Positions 1 through 8,429 of a DNA stretch of 29,144 nt are shown here, piece by piece. The DNA comes from a virus. Taxonomy: Duplodnaviria; Heunggongvirae; Uroviricota; Caudoviricetes. The translations under genes were made by a program, and so were the position numbers. The notes below the pieces were generated by a model. It saw only the letters and a program-made list of their open reading frames with translations, ran no database searches and was not told the origin of the DNA. The stretch is taken from the IMG/VR virus record IMGVR_UViG_2737471841_000001, positions 1-29,144 of that record. The stretch is one strand, 5' to 3'. How positions within the stretch are numbered: the first letter of the stretch is position 1; every line of letters begins with the position of its first letter.

Positions 1-441
1 GGTGGGGCAGGAGCTGCCCCCAGAACCTATCACTCTTTTGAACCAGTCAATGAACCTAAAAACATTATGTTCGAACATGTCCGAACAGAGTGTGAAAAAA
101 CTCCTGACCGTCACGAAGAAACCGACAAGGCATTCGAGGAAATATTCTGGTGTGCAGGCATGCGGAAAGCCGGGAAGAAAAACGCAGCTTCAGCATTCAG
201 AACACAGTTCAGGGAATGGCGTAAAACTACCAGGGGGACGGCAAGCGAGTTTGCCACGATGCTGGCAGAAGACATTGCGTGCAGGCTCGGTAAGCAGTTC
301 GGGTTCGACAGGTTGTTACCATCGAGCTACCTGAATGGTCAACGCTGGAACGACGAAAAGCCAGAAACCATTCAACCACAATCCAAACCATCATCCGCAA
401 TCACCGTATCGAAAACTGGCTACGTGTTTTTCGACAGGTGA
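1..441 (+). CDS. Replication-associated protein, probably 5'-truncated by the window edge
   Basis: Frame is open from base 1; the first ATG (67) has no Shine-Dalgarno; lies directly upstream of the primase-helicase. Family not recognised with confidence. Confidence 0.4.
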   Translation, partial: GGAGAAPRTYHSFEPVNEPKNIMFEHVRTECEKTPDRHEETDKAFEEIFWCAGMRKAGKKNAASAFRTQFREWRKTTRGTASEFATMLAEDIACRLGKQFGFDRLLPSSYLNGQRWNDEKPETIQPQSKPSSAITVSKTGYVFFDR

Positions 442-551
442 ACCATGAAATCCAGAATCAAATCGTTACTTATCGCTGGCTATAACCATGGCTGGCTTAG
501 TTCTGCATTCGTTGAGTTCTGGTTTAACCGTCTCGATCTGAGGTCGGCGTA

Positions 552-2432
552 ATGACTCCAAGTGAACTGAGCGACCTGCTTTGGGCGCAGGTTGACAGGG
601 TGGCTCCGCACCTGTTGCCAAATGGCAAGAAAGAGGGGCATGAGTGGGTTGCCGGTAACGTCAACGGTGACAAGGGAAACAGCCTTAAGGTCAACCTTAG
701 CGGCAAGAAAAAATGGGCTGATTTCGCTGAGGGAGACGGCGGTGACATGCTTGATTTGTGGATGGCATGTCGTGGAATTAACCTGCATCAGGCTATGCAG
801 GAAGCGAAAGCATTTCTCGGTATCAAGGATGACGATCACCATTTCGATGCCAAACGTGAGAAGAAATTCTCCAGACCTGATCGCAAGAAAATCGCCCGCT
901 ACGTTACCAGAACAGAATCCCATCTTGAGTACCTGCAATCGCGTGGCATATCGCCAGAAGTCGTAAAGCGCTACGAGGTTGTCAGCGGCAAGGTGTGGAA
1001 TGGAGAACGAGAACTTGATGCACTGGTGCTTCCGTACAAACGCGATGGTGAGTTGTTGCAGGTCAAGCGAATCAGCACTGAGCGACCGGACGGGAAGAAA
1101 GTCATTATGGCAGAAGGTGATTGCGAACCTTGTCTGTTTGGATGGCAGGCTCTGGACGCTGGCGTGAGGGCGGTTGTACTTTGCGAAGGCGAAATTGATT
1201 GTATGAGCTATGCGCAATACGGCATCTCGGCGTTATCCGTGCCGTTTGGTGGCGGGAAAGGCGCTAAGCAACAGTGGATTGAGTTTGAGTATCACAACCT
1301 CGACAGGTTTGAGGAAATATTCATCTCGATGGACGTTGATGATGTTGGTAGTGAAGCCGCAAGGGAAATCGCAAGCCGACTCGGTGAACATCGTTGCCGT
1401 CTTGTTACTCTGCCGTACAAAGACATCAACGAATGCCTGATGAACGGTGTTACCGAGGATGAAATCTGGCAGTACATCGGCACGGCATCCTACTTCGATC
1501 CTGAAGAACTCTACAGCGCGCGAGAGTTTTACCAGGACACTATCAACGCTTTCTACGGCAAGCAGCAGTATCTGTTTAATCCACCGTGGGAATCTCTGGC
1601 AGATAAATTCCAGTTCCGTGAGGCCGAGTTGACGCTGGTCAATGGTGTGAACGGTCACGGAAAAACGGAGGTTGTCGGGCATATGGCACTTGAGGCAATG
1701 CGTCAGGGTGTGAAGACGTGCATCGCGTCACTTGAGCTGAAGCCTGGTATTCTCCTTAAGCGCCTTACCCGTCAGGCGACGTGCTGCAAGATGCCGCCAG
1801 TGCTGGAAATTGACTCTGCATTTAAATTTTATGACGAAAGACTTTGGGTGTTTGGCCTGACCGGAACGGCGAAAGCCGACAGGCTGATCGAAATATTCGA
1901 CTACGCTCGCCGCCGATACGGGATCCAGTTATTCATCATCGACAGCCTGATGAAATGTGGCATAGGCGACGATGACTATAACGGGCAGAAGGCGTTTGTT
2001 GACTCGATTTGCGACTTCAAAAACAAAACAAACTCCCACGTCATTCTCGTTACTCACTCGCGAAAAGGAGACAGCGAAGAAAAACCAACCGGGAAAATGG
2101 ACGTAAAAGGCTCTGGAGCGATAACAGACCTGACAGACAACCTTTTCATCATCTGGCGTAACAAGGCTCGCGAGAGAGCGTTACAGAGAGTTCAGAGTGG
2201 TGAAAAGATGTCAGAGAAGGACGAACAGCTACTGGCATCTCCGGCATCTGTTTTGATGCTTGAAAAACAACGTAACGGCGAAGGTTGGGAAGGTGGTGTC
2301 CCGTTGTTCCTTGACGAGCAATCGCACCAGTTCCTGCAACTTGAATCAGGATCGCCATATAGCTACATCGCCAATATGCCGAAATCGGAATATGACGAGG
2401 CGTGGCGACAGGAAAACGTGACGGAGTATTAA
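552..2432 (+). CDS. Bifunctional DNA primase/helicase (TOPRIM domain plus DnaB-like P-loop helicase)
   Basis: 626 aa. TOPRIM-like motifs (CEGEID, DVDDVG); Walker A (GVNGHGKTE) and Walker B-like (LFIIDSLMK) in the C-terminal half. Confidence 0.85.
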   Translation: MTPSELSDLLWAQVDRVAPHLLPNGKKEGHEWVAGNVNGDKGNSLKVNLSGKKKWADFAEGDGGDMLDLWMACRGINLHQAMQEAKAFLGIKDDDHHFDAKREKKFSRPDRKKIARYVTRTESHLEYLQSRGISPEVVKRYEVVSGKVWNGERELDALVLPYKRDGELLQVKRISTERPDGKKVIMAEGDCEPCLFGWQALDAGVRAVVLCEGEIDCMSYAQYGISALSVPFGGGKGAKQQWIEFEYHNLDRFEEIFISMDVDDVGSEAAREIASRLGEHRCRLVTLPYKDINECLMNGVTEDEIWQYIGTASYFDPEELYSAREFYQDTINAFYGKQQYLFNPPWESLADKFQFREAELTLVNGVNGHGKTEVVGHMALEAMRQGVKTCIASLELKPGILLKRLTRQATCCKMPPVLEIDSAFKFYDERLWVFGLTGTAKADRLIEIFDYARRRYGIQLFIIDSLMKCGIGDDDYNGQKAFVDSICDFKNKTNSHVILVTHSRKGDSEEKPTGKMDVKGSGAITDLTDNLFIIWRNKARERALQRVQSGEKMSEKDEQLLASPASVLMLEKQRNGEGWEGGVPLFLDEQSHQFLQLESGSPYSYIANMPKSEYDEAWRQENVTEY

Positions 2433-2461
2433 ATGACCATCTACATCACTGAGCTTGTAAC

Positions 2462-2493
2462 AGGCCTGCTGGTAATCGCAGGCCTTTTTATTT
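2462..2493 (+). terminator. Intrinsic terminator between replication and nin regions (tR2-like position)
   Basis: Perfect 8-bp stem AGGCCTGC / GCAGGCCT with 8-nt loop, followed by TTTTTATTT. Confidence 0.6.
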
Positions 2494-2508
2494 GGGGGAG
2501 AGTAAATC

Positions 2509-2715
2509 GTGGTTGAGTTGATTTTCTCTGCATTGAGGCTTCTCGGTGCTCTGTGGATGGTGGCGACGTTCATTGTGGTTGTTGGCTGTTTTGTCCGGTT
2601 GGTAGGCGAAGGTAAAGACCTGGTGGGTGTGCTTTTCGGTAGCATTTTCCTGTGGGTGATTATCGGTGTTATGCCTGTCGCTGTAGCAAAAATGGCGTGG
2701 CGTTTTGTGAGTTGA
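2509..2715 (+). CDS. Small hydrophobic membrane protein (two predicted TM segments), function unknown
   Basis: 68 aa, GTG start; hydrophobic stretches LLGALWMVATFIVVVGCFV and VLFGSIFLWVIIGVMPVAVA. Confidence 0.45.
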   Translation: MVELIFSALRLLGALWMVATFIVVVGCFVRLVGEGKDLVGVLFGSIFLWVIIGVMPVAVAKMAWRFVS

Positions 2716-2732
2716 ACTGAGGGTAAGTATCG

Positions 2733-3047
2733 ATGGACGAATCAAGAAAGCAGTTTGAGGAATACGTTGCCAAAAAATTGAGATTACCATTCGAGATGAT
2801 AACCGAGGCAAGAAATGGTGATAGGTACTTCGCATTTTCAAGCATGGATATTCGTCACTCCTTAAATGAGTGGTGGACTTTATGGCAGGCATCGCGAGCA
2901 GATATTGAAATAACCGCGCCAAAGTTTATCGACAGCAGAGAAGCATTAGCCAAAGGGTTTACCGTTGATTATTCCAATGGCTTCGGTGATGCAATGGATG
3001 CTTATGAGGAAAACATCCGCTCTGCTGGAGTCAAAGTGAAGGAGTAA
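2733..3047 (+). CDS. Hypothetical nin-region protein
   Basis: 104-aa ORF, stop 3 nt before the NinB start; no family recognised. Confidence 0.55.
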   Translation: MDESRKQFEEYVAKKLRLPFEMITEARNGDRYFAFSSMDIRHSLNEWWTLWQASRADIEITAPKFIDSREALAKGFTVDYSNGFGDAMDAYEENIRSAGVKVKE

Positions 3048-3049
3048 CG

Positions 3050-3460
3050 ATGAAGCAAACAATCTTCCTCCGAAGTAAGCAACAACAGCAAGCCGCAATC
3101 AACGCCATCCTCGAAACTCCTCTCGATAAAGACAAGCCAGTCACCATCCGCATTACTGACTACAAGCGCAATCTTGACCAGAACGCAAAATTTCACGCGA
3201 TGCTGGCGGATATCGCTCGTCAGGTTCAATGGTGCGGCAAATGGTTAAAACCGGAACAGTGGAAGGTTTTGTTGATTAGCGGTCATGCAGTGGCAACAAA
3301 ACAGGAAGCTGATGTTTTGCGCGGCCTTGAAGGCGAATTCGTCAACATTCGCGAAAGCAGCGCGCAGATGAGCGTGAAGCGTATGGCAAGTCTGATCGAG
3401 TACACAACAGCCTGGGCTATTGGTCAGGGTGTCAGATTTACCGACAGGAGGTACGAATGA
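3050..3460 (+). CDS. ninB: NinB (Orf-family recombination mediator)
   Basis: 136 aa, resembles lambda NinB as I recall it (e.g. [27 protein letters not shown]); nin-region context. Confidence 0.9.
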   Translation: MKQTIFLRSKQQQQAAINAILETPLDKDKPVTIRITDYKRNLDQNAKFHAMLADIARQVQWCGKWLKPEQWKVLLISGHAVATKQEADVLRGLEGEFVNIRESSAQMSVKRMASLIEYTTAWAIGQGVRFTDRRYE

Positions 3461-3639
3461 GACGACAGCGACGAAGTTTCACCGACATCATCTGCGAAAA
3501 CTGCAAATACCTTCCAACGAAACGCTCCAGAAATAAACGCAAGCCAATCCCAAAAGAATCTGACGTAAAAACCTTCAACTACACGGCTCACCTGTGGGAT
3601 ATCCGGTGGCTAAGACATCGTGCGAGGAATACAAGGTGA
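3457..3639 (+). CDS. ninE: NinE
   Basis: 60 aa ([60 protein letters not shown]), matches NinE from memory; ATGA overlap with ninB. Confidence 0.85.
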   Translation: MRRQRRSFTDIICENCKYLPTKRSRNKRKPIPKESDVKTFNYTAHLWDIRWLRHRARNTR

Positions 3640-3806
3640 TTGACCCAAATCGAAGTTACGAACAAGAAAGCGTCGAGCGAGCTTTAACGTGCGCTAACTG
3701 CGGTCAGAAGCTGCATGTGCTGGAAGTTCACGTATGTGAGCACTGCTGCGCAGAACTGATGAGCGATCCGAATAGCTCAATGTACGAGGAAGAAGACGAT
3801 GAATGA
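3636..3806 (+). CDS. ninF: NinF (CxxC zinc-ribbon-like)
   Basis: [28 protein letters not shown] motif. Start placed at GTG 3636 (GTGA overlap with ninE stop); the alternative upstream start at 3594 (also GTG) gives 70 aa. Confidence 0.75.
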   Translation: MIDPNRSYEQESVERALTCANCGQKLHVLEVHVCEHCCAELMSDPNSSMYEEEDDE

Positions 3807-4521
3807 GTTAATAAATGGCAATGCCATCAAAATGACAAGCATTGAAATCGCTGAGTTGGTGGGTAAGCGTCATGACAATGTGAAACGTACCATCGAAACG
3901 CTGGCTAAAAATGGTGTTATCCGGCTTCCTCAAATTGAGGTTTCCGAAAGAATCAATAACTTAGGGTTCAATGTTCAGTACGAGCATTACGTCTTCGAGG
4001 GCGAACAAGGTAAGCGAGACAGTATTGTCGTTGTTGCCCAGTTGTCGCCAGAGTTCACCGCTCGCCTTGTTGACCGTTGGCGAGAGCTTGAAGAAGCTGC
4101 GGTTAATATCCCCAAAACGCTACCGGAAGCGTTGCGCCTTGCTGCTGACCTTGCTGAGCAGAAAATGCAACTGGAAAACCAGCTCGCAATTGCCGCACCT
4201 AAAGTTGAGTTTGCCGATCGCGTTGGCGAGGCCAGCGGAATTTTGATTGGAAACTTTGCAAAGGTTGTTGGAATTGGTCCAAACAAACTGTTTGCGTGGA
4301 TGCGCGATCACAAAATCCTTATTGCTTCAGGTTCCCGGCGCAATGTGCCAATGCAGGAATATATGGATCGCGGCTATTTCGCAGTGAAAGAAACAGCGGT
4401 CAACACAAATCACGGAATACAGATATCGTTCACCACAAAAATCACCGGGCGTGGTCAACAGTGGCTGACCAGAAAGCTGCTCGATAACGGAATGCTGAAA
4501 GTAACCGGGGAGGCTGCTTAA
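3799..4521 (+). CDS. Rha-family phage regulatory protein with KilA-C/antirepressor-like C-terminal domain
   Basis: N-terminal Rha-like signature IEIAELVGKRHDNVKRTIETL; C-terminal region resembles antirepressor KilAC domains. 240 aa. Confidence 0.75.
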   Translation: MNELINGNAIKMTSIEIAELVGKRHDNVKRTIETLAKNGVIRLPQIEVSERINNLGFNVQYEHYVFEGEQGKRDSIVVVAQLSPEFTARLVDRWRELEEAAVNIPKTLPEALRLAADLAEQKMQLENQLAIAAPKVEFADRVGEASGILIGNFAKVVGIGPNKLFAWMRDHKILIASGSRRNVPMQEYMDRGYFAVKETAVNTNHGIQISFTTKITGRGQQWLTRKLLDNGMLKVTGEAA

Positions 4522-4811
4522 TGGCTAACCTACGCAAAGAAGCGCGCAACAGAGAATGCCAGGTACGTATTTACGGCGTATGCAATGGTAATCCTGAAAC
4601 TACAGTTCTGGCACATTACCGGATGGCTGGAATTTGCGGAACGGGAATGAAGCCTGACGACCTGATCGGTGCATGGGCTTGTAGTGACTGCCACGCGGAG
4701 ATCGACCGACGCACCCATAATCTCGACAACAAAGACGCCAGACTTTACCACCTCGAAGGCGTGATCAGGACGCAGGCGATACTGCTGAAGGAGGGGAAGA
4801 TTAAGTCATGA
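4521..4811 (+). CDS. YbcO-like DUF1364 protein (Cys-rich putative nuclease)
   Basis: 96 aa, RECQVRIYGVCNGNPETTVLAHYR...CSDCHAEIDRR resembles E. coli DLP12 YbcO from memory; TAATG overlap with upstream gene. Confidence 0.8.
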   Translation: MANLRKEARNRECQVRIYGVCNGNPETTVLAHYRMAGICGTGMKPDDLIGAWACSDCHAEIDRRTHNLDNKDARLYHLEGVIRTQAILLKEGKIKS

Positions 4812-5170
4812 GCGAATATCAGTTTGTGCTTCCATACCCGCCGTCGGTGAACACCTACTGGCGAAGACGGGGAAGCCAATACTACATCAGCGATAAAGGC
4901 CAGAAATACCGAAAAGACGTTCAGCAAATCATCCGCCAACTTAAGTTAGACATTTTCACCAAATCACGACTCCGCATCAAAGTCATCGCAGACGTTCCAG
5001 ACTCCCGCCGCCGCGACCTCGACAACATCCTGAAAGGTTTACTCGACTCCCTTATCCACGCCGGATTTGCGGAAGACGACGAGCAATTCGATGACATTCG
5101 CGTAATTCGTGGCGTGAAAGTACCAGGCGGAAGGCTTGGAATAAAAATCACCGAACTGGAGAACGCATGA
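4808..5170 (+). CDS. rusA: RusA Holliday-junction resolvase
   Basis: 120 aa, LPYPPSVNTYWRRRG ... DVPDSRRRDLDNILKGLLDSL ... GGRLGIKITE matches the RusA family. Confidence 0.9.
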   Translation: MSEYQFVLPYPPSVNTYWRRRGSQYYISDKGQKYRKDVQQIIRQLKLDIFTKSRLRIKVIADVPDSRRRDLDNILKGLLDSLIHAGFAEDDEQFDDIRVIRGVKVPGGRLGIKITELENA

Positions 5171-5355
5171 ACGCCACAATTCAAACGATACCAGAGCTTC
5201 TTATCCAGACACGAGGCAATCAGACTGAAGTGGCAAGGATGCTTTCCTGCGCAAGAGGAACAGTGCTCAAGTACAACCGAGACAGCAAAGGCGAGCGTCA
5301 TGTAATAGTTAACGGCGTCCTGATGGTCAAACAGGGCAAGAGGGGAAGACGATGA
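5167..5355 (+). CDS. ninH: NinH
   Basis: 62 aa, IPELLIQTRGNQTEVARMLSCARGTVLKY resembles lambda NinH; coupled start/stop. Confidence 0.8.
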   Translation: MNATIQTIPELLIQTRGNQTEVARMLSCARGTVLKYNRDSKGERHVIVNGVLMVKQGKRGRR

Positions 5356-5975
5356 GACTCGAAAGCGTAGCTAAATTTCATTCGCCAAAAAGCCCGATGA
5401 TGAGCGACTCACCACGGGCCACGGCTTCTGACTCTCTTTCCGGTACTGATGTGATGGCTGCTATGGGGATGGCGCAATCACAAGCCGGATTCGGAATGGC
5501 TGCATTCTGCGGTAAGCATGAACTCAGCCAGAACGACAAACAAAAGGCTATCAACTATCTGATGCAATTTGCACACAAGGTATCGGGGAAATACCGTGGT
5601 GTGGCAAAGCTCGAAGGAAATACTAAGGCAAAGGTACTGCAAGTGCTCGCAACATTCGCTTATGCGGATTATTGCCGTAGTGCCGCGACGCCGGGCGCAA
5701 GATGCAGAGATTGCCACGGTACAGGCCGTGCGGTTGATATAGCAAAAACAGAGCAGTGGGGGAGAGTTGTCGAGAAAGAGTGCGGAAGATGCAAAGGTGT
5801 CGGCTATTCAAGAATGCCAGCAAGCGCCGCATATCGCGCTGTGACGATGCTAATCCCAAACCTTACCCAACCAACCTGGTCACGCACTGTTAAGCCGCTG
5901 TATGACGCTCTGGTGGTGCAATGCCACAAGGAAGAGTCAATTGCAGACAATATTTTGAATGCAGTCACACGTTAG
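5352..5975 (+). CDS. Q: Late-gene antiterminator Q (lambda type)
   Basis: 207 aa; matches lambda Q as I recall it essentially throughout (MRLESVAKFHSPKSPMMSDSPRATASDS ... CRDCHGTGRAVD ... CGRCKGVGYSR). Confidence 0.95.
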   Translation: MRLESVAKFHSPKSPMMSDSPRATASDSLSGTDVMAAMGMAQSQAGFGMAAFCGKHELSQNDKQKAINYLMQFAHKVSGKYRGVAKLEGNTKAKVLQVLATFAYADYCRSAATPGARCRDCHGTGRAVDIAKTEQWGRVVEKECGRCKGVGYSRMPASAAYRAVTMLIPNLTQPTWSRTVKPLYDALVVQCHKEESIADNILNAVTR

Positions 5976-6017
5976 CAGCATGATTGCCACGGATGGCAAC
6001 ATATTAACGGCATGATA

Positions 6018-6053
6018 TTGACTTTTTGAATAAAGTTGGGTAAATTTGACTCA
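6018..6053 (+). promoter_or_regulatory. pR'-type late promoter with overlapping qut-like region
   Basis: TTGACT (6018-6023), 17-bp spacer, TAAATT (6041-6046), then TTGACTCAACGAT as in the lambda pR' initial transcribed region. Confidence 0.7.
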
Positions 6054-6410
6054 ACGATGGATAAATGCACTCGTTAAATAAAGCCCTGAGTTAATAGCTC
6101 GGGGCTTCTTGCGTTTTAAGCACGACCTTTCTGAAAGCGCATCAAACCAAATACCAGACAGACCAAAATAATCACCTTATCCGCTGTGGCTACGGTGCGG
6201 TGTGCTTTGCATAAAAGAAAACCAGCTCAATGGCTGGCTTCGTGAAAGCGGGTGGCAAGAGGTTGCGCTAACAACCTCATGCCGTTTTGCCCGTGCATAT
6301 CGGTCACGAACAAATCTGATTACTAAACACAGTAGCCTGGATTTGTTCTATCAGTAATCGACCTTATTCCTAATTAAATAGAGCAAATCCCCTCAATGAA
6401 GGGGTAGAGC

Positions 6411-6614
6411 ATGTACCGTATGGACAAAATCAGAGAATGGTTCAGTTACAGCTTCGGAGGACTGACTGCGATGGGTGGCATTCTCTCCCTGAATGACTGG
6501 GCTGTCATCATTGGTATTCTTTGTACTGTCGGCACATTTGGCATCAACTGGTACTACAAGCGCAAAGAGCGCGAGGACAGATTGAATGGCAATGTCACCG
6601 GCACTACGAAATAG
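6411..6614 (+). CDS. Class II holin, pinholin-like, with dual-start motif
   Basis: 67 aa; MYRMDK N-terminus (Met1 and Met4), two hydrophobic segments, charged C-terminus KRKEREDR; directly upstream of a SAR endolysin. Confidence 0.8.
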   Translation: MYRMDKIREWFSYSFGGLTAMGGILSLNDWAVIIGILCTVGTFGINWYYKRKEREDRLNGNVTGTTK

Positions 6615-7089
6615 CGTAATAGCGGCGATAAGTGGCGGGGCTATTGCTATAGCATCTGTGTTAATCACTGGGCCAAGTGGTAACGATGGTCTGGAAGGTG
6701 TCAGCTACATACCATACAAAGATATTGTTGGTGTATGGACTGTATGTCACGGACATACCGGAAAAGACATCGTGCTCGGTAAAACGTATACCGAAGCAGA
6801 ATGCAAAGCCCTCCTGAATAAAGACCTTGCCACGGTCGCCAGACAAATTAACCCGTACATCAAAGTCGATATACCGGAAACAACGCGCGGCGCTCTTTAT
6901 TCGTTCGTCTATAACGTGGGCGCAGGCAATTTCAGAACATCGACGCTTCTTCGCAAAATCAACCAGGGCGATATCAATGGCGCATGTGACCAGCTACGTC
7001 GCTGGACATACGCTGGCGGTAAGCAATGGAAAGGGCTGATGACTCGCCGTGAGATTGAGCGTGAAGTCTGTTTGTGGGGGCAGCAATGA
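6586..7089 (+). CDS. SAR endolysin (T4-lysozyme-like muramidase with signal-arrest-release N-terminus)
   Basis: Gly/Ala-rich weakly hydrophobic N-terminus ([20 protein letters not shown]) followed by a lysozyme E-x8-D-x5-T triad ([16 protein letters not shown]). Confidence 0.9.
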   Translation: MAMSPALRNSVIAAISGGAIAIASVLITGPSGNDGLEGVSYIPYKDIVGVWTVCHGHTGKDIVLGKTYTEAECKALLNKDLATVARQINPYIKVDIPETTRGALYSFVYNVGAGNFRTSTLLRKINQGDINGACDQLRRWTYAGGKQWKGLMTRREIEREVCLWGQQ

Positions 7090-7553
7090 GCAGAGTCACC
7101 GCGATTATCTCCGCTCTGGTTATCTGCATCATCGTTTGCCTGTCATGGGCTGTTAATCACTACCGTGATAACGCCATCGCCTACAAAGAACAGCGAGATA
7201 AAAAAGTCAGTGAGCTGAAGCAGGCGACCGCCACCATTACTGACATGCAGCAACGCCAGCGTGCTGCTGATGCACTCGATGCTAAATACACGAAGGAGTT
7301 AGCTGATGCGAAAGCTGAAAATGATGCTCTTCGGCGCAAGCTTGATAATGGTGGCAGGGTGCTCGTCAAAGGAAAATGCCCTGTGCCATCCTCAGCCAAA
7401 ACCTCCATCGCCTCCGGCATGGGCAATGATGCCACCGTCGAACTCTCTCCAGTTGCTGGACGAAACGTTCTCGATATCCGGGACGGAATTATCCGCGACC
7501 AAACAGCACTGAGAACGCTTCAGGAATACATCAGGACGCAATGCCTTCGATGA
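7086..7553 (+). CDS. Rz: Rz i-spanin
   Basis: [31 protein letters not shown] resembles lambda Rz; ATGA overlap with endolysin stop. An alternative GTG at 7074 exists. Confidence 0.85.
   Translation: MSRVTAIISALVICIIVCLSWAVNHYRDNAIAYKEQRDKKVSELKQATATITDMQQRQRAADALDAKYTKELADAKAENDALRRKLDNGGRVLVKGKCPVPSSAKTSIASGMGNDATVELSPVAGRNVLDIRDGIIRDQTALRTLQEYIRTQCLR
7306..7512 (+). CDS. Rz1: Rz1 o-spanin lipoprotein, embedded in Rz in the +1 frame
   Basis: Signal peptide with lipobox (LIMVAGC), proline-rich mature part ([11 protein letters not shown]); fully inside Rz. Confidence 0.8.
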   Translation: MRKLKMMLFGASLIMVAGCSSKENALCHPQPKPPSPPAWAMMPPSNSLQLLDETFSISGTELSATKQH

Positions 7554-7726
7554 TAGCGATAATTTTACTCATCATCCTTCACATCTGGCTCTGTAGACAG
7601 GGTGGTGCTCACTTCTGGAGTGAATCCAGATTAAACATCTCATTGCTGATGCTTGATATTGAGCATTTTGCGCGCGGTAAGGGGCTGCGTTGAGATAAGA
7701 GCCAGTCATTACAAATACCAGGATTT

Positions 7727-7752
7727 AGCCTCGCATTTGCGGGGCTTTTTTA
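7727..7752 (+). terminator. Intrinsic terminator downstream of the lysis cassette
   Basis: 8-bp stem AGCCTCGC / GCGGGGCT (one G-U pair), 4-nt loop, then TTTTTTAT. Confidence 0.6.
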
Positions 7753-7898
7753 TATCTGCAACAAACGCGCTTCACACGCGCGACTTCTGAACACAGAACC
7801 TTTCAGGATGACCCTTGAGGATGCCGGTTTGGTGATCGGTGCCTTTCTGTGGGCCGGAATCCTGTGTGACAAGGTTCATCACTAAAAGGTAATCACTG

Positions 7899-8429
7899 AT
7901 GAAGTACCCAACAGTTATTGTCAATGGTGTGTCCGTTCGTGTTGATGATGATGGACGCTACAACTTAAACGATCTCCATGCAGCAGCAGTTGCAAATGGA
8001 GAGGCTACAGAGCAACAGCGCCCAAGCCAGTTTTTGCGTAGCGCGCAGATAAAACGCTTCATAAAAGCACTGGAGGCCAAAGTGCAAAAAAGCACTTTGG
8101 AACAAATTCAACCACTTAAAATAATCAAAGGTGGTGCAGAACCAGGTGTGTGGGGTGTTGAACTTCTGGCAATCAGATATGCAGCATGGATTAAGCCGGA
8201 ATTTGAAATCGAAGTTTATGAAGTTTTCAAAACGGTCGTCCGTCTCGGCGTTGGCGCAATGTCCCGTCTGAATAGAATCGATCACATCATCAATACTGAA
8301 ACCAAAGCGATAAGCCAGTGCGCAAGCCAAATGGCTAAGTGGGGCGTTGGTGGGCGAAAAAGATTGCTTCATGTTGCACGTGAGAGAGCGGCAAATGAAG
8401 TGCAAATGTATTTGCCCGGAATGGTGTGA
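7899..8429 (+). CDS. KilA-N domain protein
   Basis: 176 aa; N-terminal VIVNGVSVRVDDDGRYNLNDLHAAA is typical of KilA-N/Bro-N DNA-binding domains. Confidence 0.75.
   Translation: MKYPTVIVNGVSVRVDDDGRYNLNDLHAAAVANGEATEQQRPSQFLRSAQIKRFIKALEAKVQKSTLEQIQPLKIIKGGAEPGVWGVELLAIRYAAWIKPEFEIEVYEVFKTVVRLGVGAMSRLNRIDHIINTETKAISQCASQMAKWGVGGRKRLLHVARERAANEVQMYLPGMV

Noticed and set aside
2-334. 110-aa ORF in frame 2 at the window start
   Set aside because: Overlaps the better-supported frame-1 replication ORF; composition looks like an out-of-frame translation.
480-1217. 245-aa ORF on the minus strand
   Set aside because: Lies entirely antisense within the primase-helicase gene, which has strong motif support; no recognisable domain. 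Treated as a shadow ORF.
2433-2516. 27-codon hydrophobic ORF (MTIYITELVTGLLVIAGLFIWGRVNRG)
   Set aside because: Coincides with the terminator hairpin and U-tract; more likely an RNA structure than a gene, though a leader peptide cannot be excluded.
7561-7705. 45-codon minus-strand ORF downstream of Rz, where lambda carries bor
   Set aside because: No lipoprotein signal, no convincing SD, and no resemblance to Bor.
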